From: Diplonema japonicum
Lineage: Eukaryota > Protista > Euglenozoa: Diplonemea
DNA length: 64,000 bases
Assembly (NCBI GenBank): GCA_964019335.1
Contig: OZ025740.1
Location: 1-64,000, forward strand
Reading direction: 5' to 3'
The translations under genes were made by a program, and so were the position numbers. Positions 19,615-30,576 of the stretch are shown here, piece by piece. The notes under the pieces were generated by a model. That model searched no databases and was not told where the DNA came from. It worked only from the letters and a program-made list of their open reading frames with translations. The stretch's first letter is position 1, and every line of letters starts with the position of its first letter.

Positions 19615-19960
19615 GTCTGTATGTTCTCTTCTGCTGCTCTTCACTCCCCTCCCTCTTGCTGGGAGGCGGAGGAGAATCACCAAACAAGCTGGCCAACGGA
19701 TTCGGCTTCGTTCGGGATGTCCACAGCGAAGTGCTAGAGGGTGAAACGGCAGGGGACTTGGTCATATTACTTTTTTGAAGCACAAAAACAAGAAGTAAAC
19801 CTGTGGTGAGATTGAAAGAAATCGCAGAAAGGGCCACAGAAAGACCTCGAGAGTAGGGTGCCCAAGGTAAAGGTGCAACCTACGTTCATCACGAGTAAGA
19901 ACTTCTACTATGAAACGTTAGCTCTCCCGAGGACTTCCCGACAAGAACGCTGCCACCCAC
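19615..19960. repeat. Degenerate, deleted duplicate of ~20850-21280, including the 3' tip of the WD40 gene
   Basis: Shared GGAGAATCACCAAACAAGCTGGCCAACGGATTCGGCTTCGTTCGGG and AAGAACTTCTAC..GTTAGCTCTCCCGAG..CCCGACAAGAACGCTGCC. Confidence 0.75.
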
Positions 19961-20029
19961 CTGATGTTCACACATGATGGAGGAAAAGGGTAAGCCCATA
20001 GGGTGGCTCTCAGGTTAACAATAATTCAA

Positions 20030-20315
20030 ATAAATATTTCGGTGAACTGGGGGAAGGGGGGTGCTGCTTATTAAGAAATTCCAATCGGCTGTCGCGGGTG
20101 GCGTCAGGCGGAGAACCATGAATGAAATGCAGAGCGTCGTGCTAGGTAGGACTCAAGCAAAATGGGAGAAAAACAACATAATAAAGATTTCAGTGAAAGG
20201 GGCGCTGTTATTAAGAAGTTCTACTAATCGGCTGTCGCGGGTGGCGTCAGGCGGAGAACCATGAAATGAAATGCAGCGTCGTGCTAGGTAGGACTCAAGC
20301 AAAATGGGAGAAAAG
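20030..20315. repeat. ~140-bp repeat: two tandem copies, plus a third at ~17570-17720
   Basis: AATCGGCTGTCGCGGGTGGCGTCAGGCGGAGAACCATGAA..TGCAG..GTGCTAGG occurs three times. Confidence 0.75.
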
Positions 20316-20350
20316 CGAGTTTAAACGATTCAATAGTGCCGTCTGGAGGG

Positions 20351-20974
20351 TTACAGTCTGATCGGGTCCGTCTGGCAGGCCACGGTCGCTGTCGAGAAGC
20401 GTTTGACAGCCCAGTCTGCTTGGCTTGCCACAGACGCAGTGGTGACATGCCGCCCAACCTTCTCCGGCAGCCACTTGTCAACTGGGGATTTGGCCTCGTA
20501 GGTCAGTAGGCTCCATTCCATGGCGAAATGTCCTTCCACGCGTTCGATGAATGCCTTCCTCAGGTCACCCTTGTCGTGCCCACGGTCCAGGGAGGGTCTA
20601 CGACCTGCCTTCCGATCTTTGTCCAGCAACGTGCGTCGCACAGCCTTGAAGAGGGAAGACAGCTCCAGGTGGAGGGATGTGGTAGTAGTTGTGGGCTTCT
20701 TGGTTTTGTTGCCAGCTGCACCGCTCCCTGCTGTGGCCAGGTTTTCCAAGACGTCCTGCGCGCTGTCTGCAGCTGGTTGGTCCACAGGGGGTGCACTAGT
20801 GGATGCGGCACCAGAGATACATCCGAAGCTCACCTTGTCCTGCTGTCTCTGTGTCCTCTTCTGCTGCTCACACCCCCCCCTCTTGCTGGGAGGCGGAGAA
20901 TCACCAAACAAGCTGGCCAACGGATTCGGCTTCGTTCGGGGGGTAGAGGGTGAAACGGCAGGGGACCTGGTCAT
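20351..20974 (-). CDS. Possible hypothetical protein or TE-derived fragment
   Basis: GC-rich ORF on the coding strand; no recognisable motif; start uncertain. Confidence 0.25.
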   Translation of the reverse strand: MTRSPAVSPSTPRTKPNPLASLFGDSPPPSKRGGCEQQKRTQRQQDKVSFGCISGAASTSAPPVDQPAADSAQDVLENLATAGSGAAGNKTKKPTTTTTSLHLELSSLFKAVRRTLLDKDRKAGRRPSLDRGHDKGDLRKAFIERVEGHFAMEWSLLTYEAKSPVDKWLPEKVGRHVTTASVASQADWAVKRFSTATVACQTDPIRL

Positions 20975-21227
20975 TCTTGAAGAAAAAACAACCTGTGGGT
21001 GAGATTGAAAGAAATCACAGAGCAGAAAGAGACGAACGCAGCAGGACCTCGAGAACAGGGTGCCCAAGGTAAAAAGGTGCAACTAACCTGAGGAAGCGTA
21101 GCACGATTCACTTCACATTGAGAAGAGCATGCGGGTCCTTTGACGGATGGCGCCACGCAGTGCTCATCCCGGCACCTTGGATCACAGTGCAGTGCACACC
21201 AAAAAAAAAAAAAAAAAAAAAGAACTT

Positions 21228-22235
21228 CTACTTATGCAACGTTAGCTCTCCCGAGAATCTCCCGACAAGAACGCTGCCGCCATGTGGGGCGAGTAATAGA
21301 ATATCGTTAGCGCCACCCATGAGCGAAGGGCGCACTGTGCTTTCGATGGAACAATGCCGCGAAGCCATTCTGAGGTCGTACAGGACGAGGGAGGTGGAGG
21401 CGAGCAGTATGCCGAAAGGGGTGGCCGTAAGGCGGGTGGCGTTGCGGGTCTTCACCGAGCAGACTGGCGATGATTGCCGGGTGTCCCACAGACGAGTCAG
21501 TTCGTCTGAAGACAGCGACACTACAAGAGAGGGATCGAAGGGCAACATCGACATGTCAACAATACTGCAGCCCGCATCGAGCACCCTGTTCACTGTGCCT
21601 GTGTTGCTGTCTACAACTGACATTGTTCCATCCCAGCTCCCTGTCACAATGTTGAGGTAGTCGGGTGTGAAGAGAGTTCGCCAAATAGCATCAGTGTGTA
21701 TTCCAGACACCACTGTGCGTTTGGAGAAAGATTGAGCAGGGTCTGTCATGTCGAAGTTGTACAAGATAGCCGTTCCGTCCCATGAGGTTGTCAGCATGAT
21801 TCCAGAAGGGCCGAATTTCACGAAGAAAACGGAGTCGCTGTGGTCTTCTAAGGTGTGGAGGAGGTTTCCTTCCGTGGTCCACACCTTGGTTGTGCAGTCT
21901 GCTGATGTCGTGGCCACAATTCCCGCTGTTTGATCGTGGTCAAGCCCCCATACTGAATCGCTGTGCCCCACGGGGAAGTTTTCATTTAGCGTTTTGCTCC
22001 ACACCCATCCCCCTCTACCTGCCGCGTACATTTCCCCACCCCCGCCCCACCACCCTGCTTCAACAGCCCCGTCCATCCACCACTCCCCTGCCGTGTTGAG
22101 ATCTTTTATACCTGCGGTGCATCTTTTTTCCACAGCGCTCCGCCACGTCTTGTTCACCCTGCCTCCGTGTACCATGCTCTCGACAGGATCGAGATATCCC
22201 AGAATCCCACCCAGGACGTCCCCAGGAAAGGTCAT
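21228..22235 (-). CDS. F-box/WD40-repeat protein
   Basis: F-box-like FPGDVLGGILGYLDP..GRVNKTWR; WD repeats GHSDSVWGL..SADCTTKVW, DHSDSVFFV..SWDGTAILY, HTDAIW..GSWDGT, SSDELTRLWD. Start set at MTFP. Confidence 0.85.
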   Translation of the reverse strand: MTFPGDVLGGILGYLDPVESMVHGGRVNKTWRSAVEKRCTAGIKDLNTAGEWWMDGAVEAGWWGGGGEMYAAGRGGWVWSKTLNENFPVGHSDSVWGLDHDQTAGIVATTSADCTTKVWTTEGNLLHTLEDHSDSVFFVKFGPSGIMLTTSWDGTAILYNFDMTDPAQSFSKRTVVSGIHTDAIWRTLFTPDYLNIVTGSWDGTMSVVDSNTGTVNRVLDAGCSIVDMSMLPFDPSLVVSLSSDELTRLWDTRQSSPVCSVKTRNATRLTATPFGILLASTSLVLYDLRMASRHCSIESTVRPSLMGGANDILLLAPHGGSVLVGRFSGELTLHK

Positions 22236-22480
22236 GGGAACTACCGCCTTGATGAAGTTAGAATTGATATCGCATGTGTGAAAGCAATGAATAGTACAGA
22301 AAAGGTCTCCGCCCCCGTCTCCTCTGAAAAGAGGTAAGAAGAAATTGCAAATAATAAAAAAAAAGAGTCGGTTCATTGTTGTTTGTTCACAGCCGGCATT
22401 AACCTGAACCCATCAATGCTACTTAGCACTAACAATTCATTGTCAATATATTGTTTTTTCTTGTTCATCATGCAAAAAAA

Positions 22481-22527
22481 AATTCACTATGATAGGAACG
22501 AAGTGGTTAGCAACGGCCCGCCAAAAA
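22481..22527. repeat. 44-bp dispersed motif AATTCACTATGATAGGAACGAAGTGGTTAGCAACGGCCCGCCAA; also at 33297-33340 and 37624-37667, degenerate at ~34403 and ~38162
   Basis: Three exact intergenic copies flanked by A-rich tracts. Confidence 0.85.
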
Positions 22528-22646
22528 GCCAAAAAAAAAATGATATAAGAGACAAAGGAGGCCAGTGTTGTTGGCGCCCTCCTTCAAGCATACGTATCCC
22601 GATCGCCGTTTAGTTCTTCTTTTCTTGATTGTAATTTTAACAAAGT

Positions 22647-25505
22647 TTAGCTGTCATCTTCGTTTATCTGAAGGGGAGGCAGGGCCTTGGCGACGCTATG
22701 GAGTGACAGAAGGTGGCTAGGATCGAACGACTTGTTGTTCGGCAGCTTTCTGTTGATGAGAGCCACGACGACAGTTTTCTTTCTTTCTTTCTTTTTCGTT
22801 TCGTGTTGTGGCATAGAAGGATTGCCGAGGGGGCTGCGGAGGTTATCCAGCCGGAGGTTCAGCTTCTTTGCCAAATGAGGCAGCAGCCTTTCAACTACGA
22901 AATGCCTTACACGGATGTGCAACGGAAGATAAGGAGCAGGGTCTTTGTAAACTGCAATGGTGCACACGAGGTCCATAAACTCCTCGAAGTTGACAACCAA
23001 GTCGTAGTCTTCCTGCATCTTTGTGAACACCATCTGCATCTCGTACTGCGTGCAGGTCTCGTCGTAACATTTTGTGTCTGTCAGGAACTGTTTGAATTCC
23101 TTGTATGAGATCTCTTTCATCTCTTTCGTGTTCTGCTCAACCACATCGTTGGTTGCCTTGCCCGACGCATAGTACACGAAAACCTTCTGCAAAACGCTTT
23201 TTAACTCCTTCAGCAGCTGTCTCATACTTGCTTTGTTCATTGCTTCCCTGAAAGACGCAGTCGAGATGTACCTCGCGTTCGGGATCACAACCGTCTCAAA
23301 GAACAGCCGAACTCGCTCCACAGCGTTGAGATCAGCGCTCAGCGGTTGCCAATCGGGCTGCTCGGACGCCTTAGTAGATGCTTTCTGACTCATCTGGATC
23401 AACACCGTTATGAACATTTGAGGGGAGAGGCCCGACGTGTTCTGCGGCCAGTACGCAGCGACATCTGCTGTTGCGTAGCAGTCCTTCAGCAATCTTGTCA
23501 TGTCAGACAGCGACAGACCTGATGACTTCAGCATTTCGGCCTTTTTCATATGCTCCAGGTTCCCGTAGTATTTGTAGATCCTCCTCAGCGCTCTGTAGTT
23601 CGTGATCAAGATGTCGTAGATTACGTTGCTTGCGTCGGCAGCCTCGCTCTCGGACATGCCTTTCGTGATGCACTCCAGCATCGGCTTCGTCACCGTCGTG
23701 AAGAGCTTTATATCACGCATCTCCACCGCCGTGAGCTTTCTTTCCGCCTCCGGGTCACTCGCATTCTTCAGTTCAGACACCAAATCTCTTGTTATTAAGG
23801 CATGCCTGTTCGCTAACCAATGGCCTTTTTCCTTTAAGCGTTTGTACTTCCAGAAGAGCTCTTTGCAGCCCACCGTGCCCCAACTCGAGGGAGACAGCTC
23901 GACGTCAGGCGGCGGGGAGTGGTGCCATTGAAGCTCTAAAGGCTTTAACTCTCTATCGTTCTGCGGGTCCATAATACGGAGCGCAAGCGCAGAAAACAGC
24001 TCGTACCTTCCCACGCCCCTGCCATCGTCCGAGGAAAGCTCATCGGGCGTGGAGGAAACCAATATCCCGCACGACTGCGTCCACTTGGAGATGGCGTTGG
24101 CCTTGTCGTCAGTGCTGCAGGAATTAAGCACCTCCTCGTATTCCTCAGCTTGGACGATGCTCGGGGCTACTATGCGCAGGGCTTCCACCATGGCGTTGAG
24201 CTCCGCCGCTGGGCGTATGAAATCCTCGTCCAATGAGAGTGCCAGCTTCTCGTCTTGTACAATGCAGTTCACAACAGTCTTCAGCAGAGGCACGCCTAGT
24301 AGGATCGTAACTTCTTCGCCCCGTTTCCGCCCTTCCTGTATCCTCTTTTCCAGCACCTCCATGATATGATCTTGCAAGCAAGACTCCTGATGCGTTCCCG
24401 TCTGGGCGCTGTTCACGATCTCCTGTAAATACTGACGAACGCAATTCAATTCGTGCCGCAGTCCCGCACGTTCTTCTTGCAAAGTTTTGATCACGTTCCT
24501 AAAGCCATCTGCCTCGTCCATTAAGCTTTCGTTTTTCGCCTTCAGCTTCTCATGCTCGTTTTGCAAATCGCCTAGCTGCCCGACCACCTTCGCGGTTTTC
24601 AGTCTGTCGGCCGATTTGCGGCGAAACGTTCCAACTTCTTTCTGGAGGTCTTCCACTCGGTGGTTCATTCTTTGTTGCATGTTCTTGGCTTCTTTAAGTT
24701 TCTTTTCGTAGCTTGCGATGATACCCTTCACACGGGTAGCCTCCCTCGTCTCGCGGACGTATATTCTCCAGGTGCTGAAGGTGACGCGTACCGTTTCTTT
24801 TATCCAGTTTTTGATGCACGTCTCGACTACACGGGCTTGCTTACCCTGATGCGCAATGCCAGCTGTGGAGAATAGTTTTCTCCTGCCACGTGGAGAGACA
24901 GGCGCCACACTGGGAAGTGATAAGTCGAAGTTTCCAAATTCTTCATCCGCATTGATGAGACTTTCCATGCACGCTACAAGATCACGCAAGCCTGCTGAAA
25001 TGGACGCAACAGCGGGTGAGAGACCAGAGCGGTAACATGTTGCTTCTCCAAGTATCATTTCCGTATAAGTGCATATAACCTCGGGGTCTGAGAGGTCGCC
25101 TAGACCTTCGATGATCTCGCTCGACAGGGATGCGTCTCTTTCGTGGTCTCCGAATGCCATCAGGTACTCTCCTAGCTCGTCCCATTTCCCGTTCAAACAT
25201 CTACTCTTTGCTTTTTCCAATGCACTTGTCAGGGACACCTCCAACTTGTCGAACCCTGTGTCCTTGACCTTGAACCTGCCCTGCTTCTTTTTCTGCACTC
25301 CTAGCATATCCCTGTCCCATACTGACATTTCTATTTCCCCCCTATTTTTAACCGCCCGTGCAATCGCCTTGACGCGTATTCCATCCAAGCACCCGCCGAT
25401 GGAAATCCTTCGAAAGCCTTTCAATAGCCTTGGGGACGCTGTCCTGTTGCGGTGAGCGGGAAGCAGTTGCTGTGGTGCTGCGTGCGGAAATGTTTGCGCA
25501 TACAT
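22647..25505 (-). CDS. Hypothetical 952-aa protein with a coiled coil and a C-terminal EF-hand-like region
   Basis: Long ORF; heptad-rich aa ~260-360; ISYKEFKQFL and VNFEEFMDLV resemble EF-hand helices. Confidence 0.75.
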   Translation of the reverse strand: MYAQTFPHAAPQQLLPAHRNRTASPRLLKGFRRISIGGCLDGIRVKAIARAVKNRGEIEMSVWDRDMLGVQKKKQGRFKVKDTGFDKLEVSLTSALEKAKSRCLNGKWDELGEYLMAFGDHERDASLSSEIIEGLGDLSDPEVICTYTEMILGEATCYRSGLSPAVASISAGLRDLVACMESLINADEEFGNFDLSLPSVAPVSPRGRRKLFSTAGIAHQGKQARVVETCIKNWIKETVRVTFSTWRIYVRETREATRVKGIIASYEKKLKEAKNMQQRMNHRVEDLQKEVGTFRRKSADRLKTAKVVGQLGDLQNEHEKLKAKNESLMDEADGFRNVIKTLQEERAGLRHELNCVRQYLQEIVNSAQTGTHQESCLQDHIMEVLEKRIQEGRKRGEEVTILLGVPLLKTVVNCIVQDEKLALSLDEDFIRPAAELNAMVEALRIVAPSIVQAEEYEEVLNSCSTDDKANAISKWTQSCGILVSSTPDELSSDDGRGVGRYELFSALALRIMDPQNDRELKPLELQWHHSPPPDVELSPSSWGTVGCKELFWKYKRLKEKGHWLANRHALITRDLVSELKNASDPEAERKLTAVEMRDIKLFTTVTKPMLECITKGMSESEAADASNVIYDILITNYRALRRIYKYYGNLEHMKKAEMLKSSGLSLSDMTRLLKDCYATADVAAYWPQNTSGLSPQMFITVLIQMSQKASTKASEQPDWQPLSADLNAVERVRLFFETVVIPNARYISTASFREAMNKASMRQLLKELKSVLQKVFVYYASGKATNDVVEQNTKEMKEISYKEFKQFLTDTKCYDETCTQYEMQMVFTKMQEDYDLVVNFEEFMDLVCTIAVYKDPAPYLPLHIRVRHFVVERLLPHLAKKLNLRLDNLRSPLGNPSMPQHETKKKERKKTVVVALINRKLPNNKSFDPSHLLSLHSVAKALPPLQINEDDS

Positions 25506-26271
25506 GTCTCTTTTTCTTTTCGTTTCTTTTCCTTTTTGTTGTTGCGAAAAGTGTTTGTGTTTTTGCTGCGGATGCCCAGATCGTCATTCCTCCGACAGGC
25601 GAAGTCGAAGTTGGCCGAAACCGAAACCTATCCTACCAAGTACAAGGGAGGTGGTTGTGCAACGGCTGCGAGAAGCAGCAACCGAAGAAACGGTACTAGC
25701 TTAAATGCAAAGAATGGGAAGAAATACTCCCTTTCTGAAAATGATGACGATGACAGACATTTCCTTGTGTGCGGACGTGTCGACATTAATAAACCGAAAC
25801 AAACAAAAGAAAACGAAAACAAACATTCATTAATTTTTTCTTTTGTTGCTATTATTGTTCTTTCTTCTGATTGTTATCTAAATGAAAAAGGATGGGGGGG
25901 ACCCTTTTTGTAAATTATACCCGATCGGTGCAGATACATTTTGACAAAACGTATGCCCCCTCCTCGTCCTAGATAAAAAATAAAACCAGAATAAACTCTT
26001 TTTGAATAAAAGCACAAAGGAGATAGGGGCCTCTTAAGGCGGCAGAGAGACCGCAAAGATAGAAAAAGAAACAAAACACATGTGGCCTGAAGAAGAACGA
26101 TACACACAAACGATGGGGAGAGAGGCGTTGCTTCCATCGGTGTTTCTCGCATAAACAAGCGAAACTAGCAATTATGGAAGGTAGGAGAAAGGCAAACAAA
26201 AGCGGCGAATGCACTTCCGCTCGTGTTCCATGTCTCTTAACGTACGCAGTGTGCGGCGGCTAAGGACAGAT

Positions 26272-28005
26272 CTAATTCGCAGCTAATGGAGACGTGCGGG
26301 GCGTGTCAGGGGGGTCGTACACAGGGACCCCATGGTTGATGCTCAGAAGGTGCCCGTCGGTCTCCCCATCGTCAGGAAAGGTGTCCCCTTCCCCCTCTGC
26401 CATGTAATCCTTGTACGCCGTGTACCTCGGGAACAGACATGCAAACGAGGTGAGTGCCGTGAACACATCGCCACGCGCCTTACACGAGTCCTCGTACACC
26501 CCGACATAGGTGTTGACGATGATGTGGAGCACAATGTCCACGAACACAACCTTCGACACGAACATGCCAGCCAGCGTCTGCATCACTAGCTTTGCTATGA
26601 ACAGTGGGGTCATCAAGGTCTTCACCACATCCACACCCTCACCCCTCAAGGCCTTAAACTGATCTGCCATCAGTACACCGGCCACCAAGCACCCGAGCCC
26701 AAGGACTTGTAGTACGATAGCCGCCCGAGCCACTTTCGTCATCACCTTCAGTGCCTCTTCTCGAGTCACAGCATTCAAGAGCTCCTCCGAGTAAATCAGA
26801 TACAAAGCCATGCTCAGAGTGATGAAGATGGCGGTGAACATCACGGGGATGGTCCCCACCACCACCAGCAGAAGTGCCATGATGCACATCACCACAGGAA
26901 GCGTGGACGCCTGCAGTATGATCAGCATCCACCCTGTCACCCGAACACCGGGGAACATCAGCTTCGACATCCTCAGACCCCCTTGAAGGCCCAGCATCAG
27001 CCCAAATACACCTGGGGCAAGTGACTTCAGTGTCTGCAGTGCTCCAATGAGGAATGGTAGGTAGATGATGTAGCGCAGCGAGAGTCCCACGAATGTGAAG
27101 ACCAACTGGAACGAGGAGCTACCCTGACCATCCACCAACTTGATCTTGTTCGAGATCGAATCTGCCATGTGGCTGATGGACTCCTTGCACACGCTGTCAA
27201 CGTTGACGACCTTGTCCCCTATCTCCAGTGTGTAGTTTGCTGCTTCGTAAACACGTTCAATGTTGCTCAGGCAGAAGATGCACAGGTCCTGCACCTGTTC
27301 CTTGGGCTGCACAATGTCCATCCAAGGAATGAAGAAGTAGATGAAAGGGAAGAAGAAGACAAGGACCCAACCAACGGCCACCAGCTTTACACTCTGTTTG
27401 TATGAGGTCCACCGCCATGCCGCTGCCGAGCAGAAGGAGATTGCCACAACCTGCTGGACAATGGGGATGAACTGCAAGAACTGATCTTTTGCCTTCTGTT
27501 TCAGTTGGTAAGAGTTGCTGGATATGAGACTGACCTCCACACGGACACCGAAGGCATCAGCCTCGTACAGGGCTGCGATGTTGATGCCCAAGACTGCCAA
27601 GTAGAAGACAATGCCCATGTTGAGATGCGACCGTCTCCAGGCAAGGTAGGCCCTCGAGACCTGTGGTGCCCCGTTGCCGAGTGCCGTTGTTGTTGCTATC
27701 CGTTCGTCAGCCTCCACCTCAATCACCGACAGATCAGTCTTCAAGAGCCTCCCGATCCGAGGAACCTGCAGCTTCACGTTCAGCAGTGCCTTCACAGGGT
27801 GTGTCACCTGATCGAATAGGAAGACGTACAGCAGCACAGCAAAGCCGAACAACAAGCACACCCCCATGAGAATGTATGCAAGGTACGAGAGGCCCTGTGT
27901 CGCGATGTAGTCAGGGATGTCCTCAACAGGCGAAAAAACAGGCTGGCTTGACCCCACCGCGGCCACTGCCGAGAGCGTAGTTGGCCTTGCTGACATTTGT
28001 TGCAT
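26272..28005 (-). CDS. Multipass membrane protein, paralog 1 (signal-peptide-like N-terminus)
   Basis: Many hydrophobic segments; near-identical to the genes at 34.8 and 38.2 kb. Confidence 0.85.
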   Translation of the reverse strand: MQQMSARPTTLSAVAAVGSSQPVFSPVEDIPDYIATQGLSYLAYILMGVCLLFGFAVLLYVFLFDQVTHPVKALLNVKLQVPRIGRLLKTDLSVIEVEADERIATTTALGNGAPQVSRAYLAWRRSHLNMGIVFYLAVLGINIAALYEADAFGVRVEVSLISSNSYQLKQKAKDQFLQFIPIVQQVVAISFCSAAAWRWTSYKQSVKLVAVGWVLVFFFPFIYFFIPWMDIVQPKEQVQDLCIFCLSNIERVYEAANYTLEIGDKVVNVDSVCKESISHMADSISNKIKLVDGQGSSSFQLVFTFVGLSLRYIIYLPFLIGALQTLKSLAPGVFGLMLGLQGGLRMSKLMFPGVRVTGWMLIILQASTLPVVMCIMALLLVVVGTIPVMFTAIFITLSMALYLIYSEELLNAVTREEALKVMTKVARAAIVLQVLGLGCLVAGVLMADQFKALRGEGVDVVKTLMTPLFIAKLVMQTLAGMFVSKVVFVDIVLHIIVNTYVGVYEDSCKARGDVFTALTSFACLFPRYTAYKDYMAEGEGDTFPDDGETDGHLLSINHGVPVYDPPDTPRTSPLAAN

Positions 28006-28109
28006 TCCTGCAAGGTTTTTCAAATGGGACACGAAGAGGGAAATAGCTAAATAACTAAATAAAAAACCGTGTATTACTAAAAAAAAAGAAAGATGGTTTG
28101 GTTTCTCCT

Positions 28110-28420
28110 TCTTGCTGCTTCCCTCAGGAGGATGCCATGGCAGCCTGCAGGGTTCTAGGCCTGTCGCGTCATGCCTGCATGAACCTTCCGTTGTCGTACT
28201 TTTCTCCGCCAGTTCGCACTCTTATGGTGCATGCTCCAGGATGTTGGGTACCTGTTGCATCTGACTGCATGTGTCACAGTGTGCCATGGTGGGTTCGTTT
28301 AGCTGCCTCTGCTCCGCCAGCGTATGCATTCCTTCCCTTTCTCCTTCTTCTTCTGAGTCGTCCCGGGAATCTTCTTCGTCCATCCTCCGTTGGTGGGATG
28401 TGCCCCTGCGTCCGTTCGCC
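28110..28420 (-). mobile_element. Degraded LINE C-terminal (CCHC) fragment
   Basis: HCDTC..LEHA..EC knuckle; nucleotide similarity GGAGGATGCCATGG..GGTTCTAGGCCTGT..TGCCTGCATG to 43460-43522. Confidence 0.55.
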
Positions 28421-28436
28421 ACGAAAAAAAAAGTCA

Positions 28437-29729
28437 TCAGCAGACAATGCAGCATTCTGCCTTTTTGCAGCAGGCTTGCTTCACAGGAGGGTGATGGGAC
28501 GGTGCAGGTCGTACCTGTTGGGGATGTACTGCATGCTCTCTTGTCCTTGAGGCCGCCCGGGTTGGTTTTGGTGTCTTCCCCAAAGCACTGCGAATCGGGC
28601 CGCGATCAACAGTTTCCAAAGACGTGCAGTTGTAGAGAAAACTGCCCCCCACCGCCTGCGTGTATTCAAAAGGACTCAGATCCACACAAGTCAACGATAC
28701 ACAACTTGCAAGGAAATAATCCCCAATGGTGGCCACGTTGCTGAGGGGTGTGAGATCCACAGTTTTTAAAACCTTGCAGTTGCGGAGAAACGAGCCATCA
28801 ACCGACTGCACGTTTACCAAAGTTGTTAGGTCCACAGAAGTCAACGATTCGCAGCTCCTGAGAAAACTGTGGTGGACGATGGTGACGTGGTGAAGGGGGG
28901 GGAGCTCCACTGTTTCTAGAGACTTGCAGTTGCTGAGAAAATACTCCCCCACCGACCGCACGTGTCGAAAGGGACTCAGATCCACAGAAACCAACGATTC
29001 ACAGCTTCGGAGAAAATTGTTGCTGATGATCGAGATGTTGCAAAGGGGGGTCAGGTCTACAGTTCTCAAGGACCTGCAGTTGCGGAGAAACGAGCCCCCA
29101 ACTGATTTTACTTGCAGGCCTGTCAGATCGACACAGGTTAACGATGCACAGCCGCTGAGAAACCCACTGCCGACTTCTTTGATTGTTGAGGAGGTGCCAA
29201 TCTTAACAGTTGCTAGAGAATCGCAGTTGGCGAGAAAACGGTTTCCAATCGATTGAATACCAGTCATTGCCAAGTCCAAGGTGACGAGCTGGCTGTCCAC
29301 CAGAAAGCCGTTCCCAATAAAGGACGTACTCTTGCCTGTGATCTTGAGGTGGCGGAGGTTCGAAGGAAATCTGCTTTCGAGGGAATTGAGGTGCCCGTCA
29401 CTGAAATCTACTGCAAGAAGCAGCTCGGGGTCCTCTTCAATAAGCTTTTCGAGGGTTTTCTTGGAAGACCGGAGCTTTTTGTAATCAATGTGAGTCGCTC
29501 TGCTGTCGTAGGTCAACAGCAGTTCGCTCCCTTGCCCCATCCCCAGCTGCTGTATCTCGGATTTCCCGTCCAGGACTGCACCTTCAAAGTGCAAGAGAAA
29601 CCTCCCCTCCTGCACTGCAGTAGCCTCCGCTGCTTTCCTGTACACGTCCTGCACCCTGTCGGGCCCCGACAGCTCTACCTCGTACTGTGCATCATCGTCG
29701 ACGGTTCTAATCATCACAGTGAGGCTCAT
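28437..29729 (-). CDS. Ubiquitin-like domain plus leucine-rich repeats, with a Cys-rich C-terminus (CCKKAECCIVC)
   Basis: N-terminal ~72 aa UBL-like pattern; ~24-aa LRRs (FLxxCxSLxxVDLxPL..VxxIG). Confidence 0.8.
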   Translation of the reverse strand: MSLTVMIRTVDDDAQYEVELSGPDRVQDVYRKAAEATAVQEGRFLLHFEGAVLDGKSEIQQLGMGQGSELLLTYDSRATHIDYKKLRSSKKTLEKLIEEDPELLLAVDFSDGHLNSLESRFPSNLRHLKITGKSTSFIGNGFLVDSQLVTLDLAMTGIQSIGNRFLANCDSLATVKIGTSSTIKEVGSGFLSGCASLTCVDLTGLQVKSVGGSFLRNCRSLRTVDLTPLCNISIISNNFLRSCESLVSVDLSPFRHVRSVGEYFLSNCKSLETVELPPLHHVTIVHHSFLRSCESLTSVDLTTLVNVQSVDGSFLRNCKVLKTVDLTPLSNVATIGDYFLASCVSLTCVDLSPFEYTQAVGGSFLYNCTSLETVDRGPIRSALGKTPKPTRAASRTREHAVHPQQVRPAPSHHPPVKQACCKKAECCIVC

Positions 29730-30576
29730 GCTTTTTTGGTTTTTTGTTTCTTTCCCCTCCTTTTTTTCTTTTTCTTTTTGCGGGGGAAGAACAACAAAAA
29801 AAAAAGTAAAGGGGTTAAGGAGGCCAGTGTTGGTGGCGCTCCGCTACCTGATTTCTCGGCCACTGCTGAGAGCGTAGTGGATTCCCGCAAAGGGTTTTCA
29901 AATGGGACACGAAGGGAGAAGCAAAAATAGGGAGGAAGAAACTAAATAAAAAACAAAGAAAAAAGATAGGTTGGGAAAAAAAAGAAAAGCTAGTGGCGGA
30001 AAATGTAAGTTACGTTGTACTTGAATAGTCCGCCCCACGTCCTGAAGAGGCGAAAAGGTGACAGAAAGATAGAATAAAGTCAGCTTTTAGCATTTGTTTG
30101 CGCACACGGTATATAAACCCTGGGATAAATACTGCATGCTACCACTACTTTTTCTGCTTTAACAAGAATACAGAATAAAGAAGAAGTTCTTCAGGAGTGA
30201 GGAAATTGATCATATTCATTCTGTCCCTAGCGCTCGGGGCTGCATAGGAACCACGACATAAATTCAAGGAACCAAAAGCGGTTTTAATGATTCCCTTCAA
30301 ATAAATAAACAAAAACAAAAACAAAAAAAGAGATGAGAAAGAAAGATCACGAAGAAAACAAGAAAGGGTGGCCCTTTTTTTGGTTTCTTTGCTTGATAAT
30401 TTCTTTTCTTTCACAATAGCAAAATATTTTAAACTTTTTATGGGAAGAAAAAAAAAAAGAACGTGGTGTCGTTAAAAGATAACTCACCATGACTTGCATT
30501 TCTTTTATCTCGGAAAGTTGTAAGGCTTGTGAAATAACATCAACAAGAAAATGACAAGTATTTTTTCTTTTTTTTC

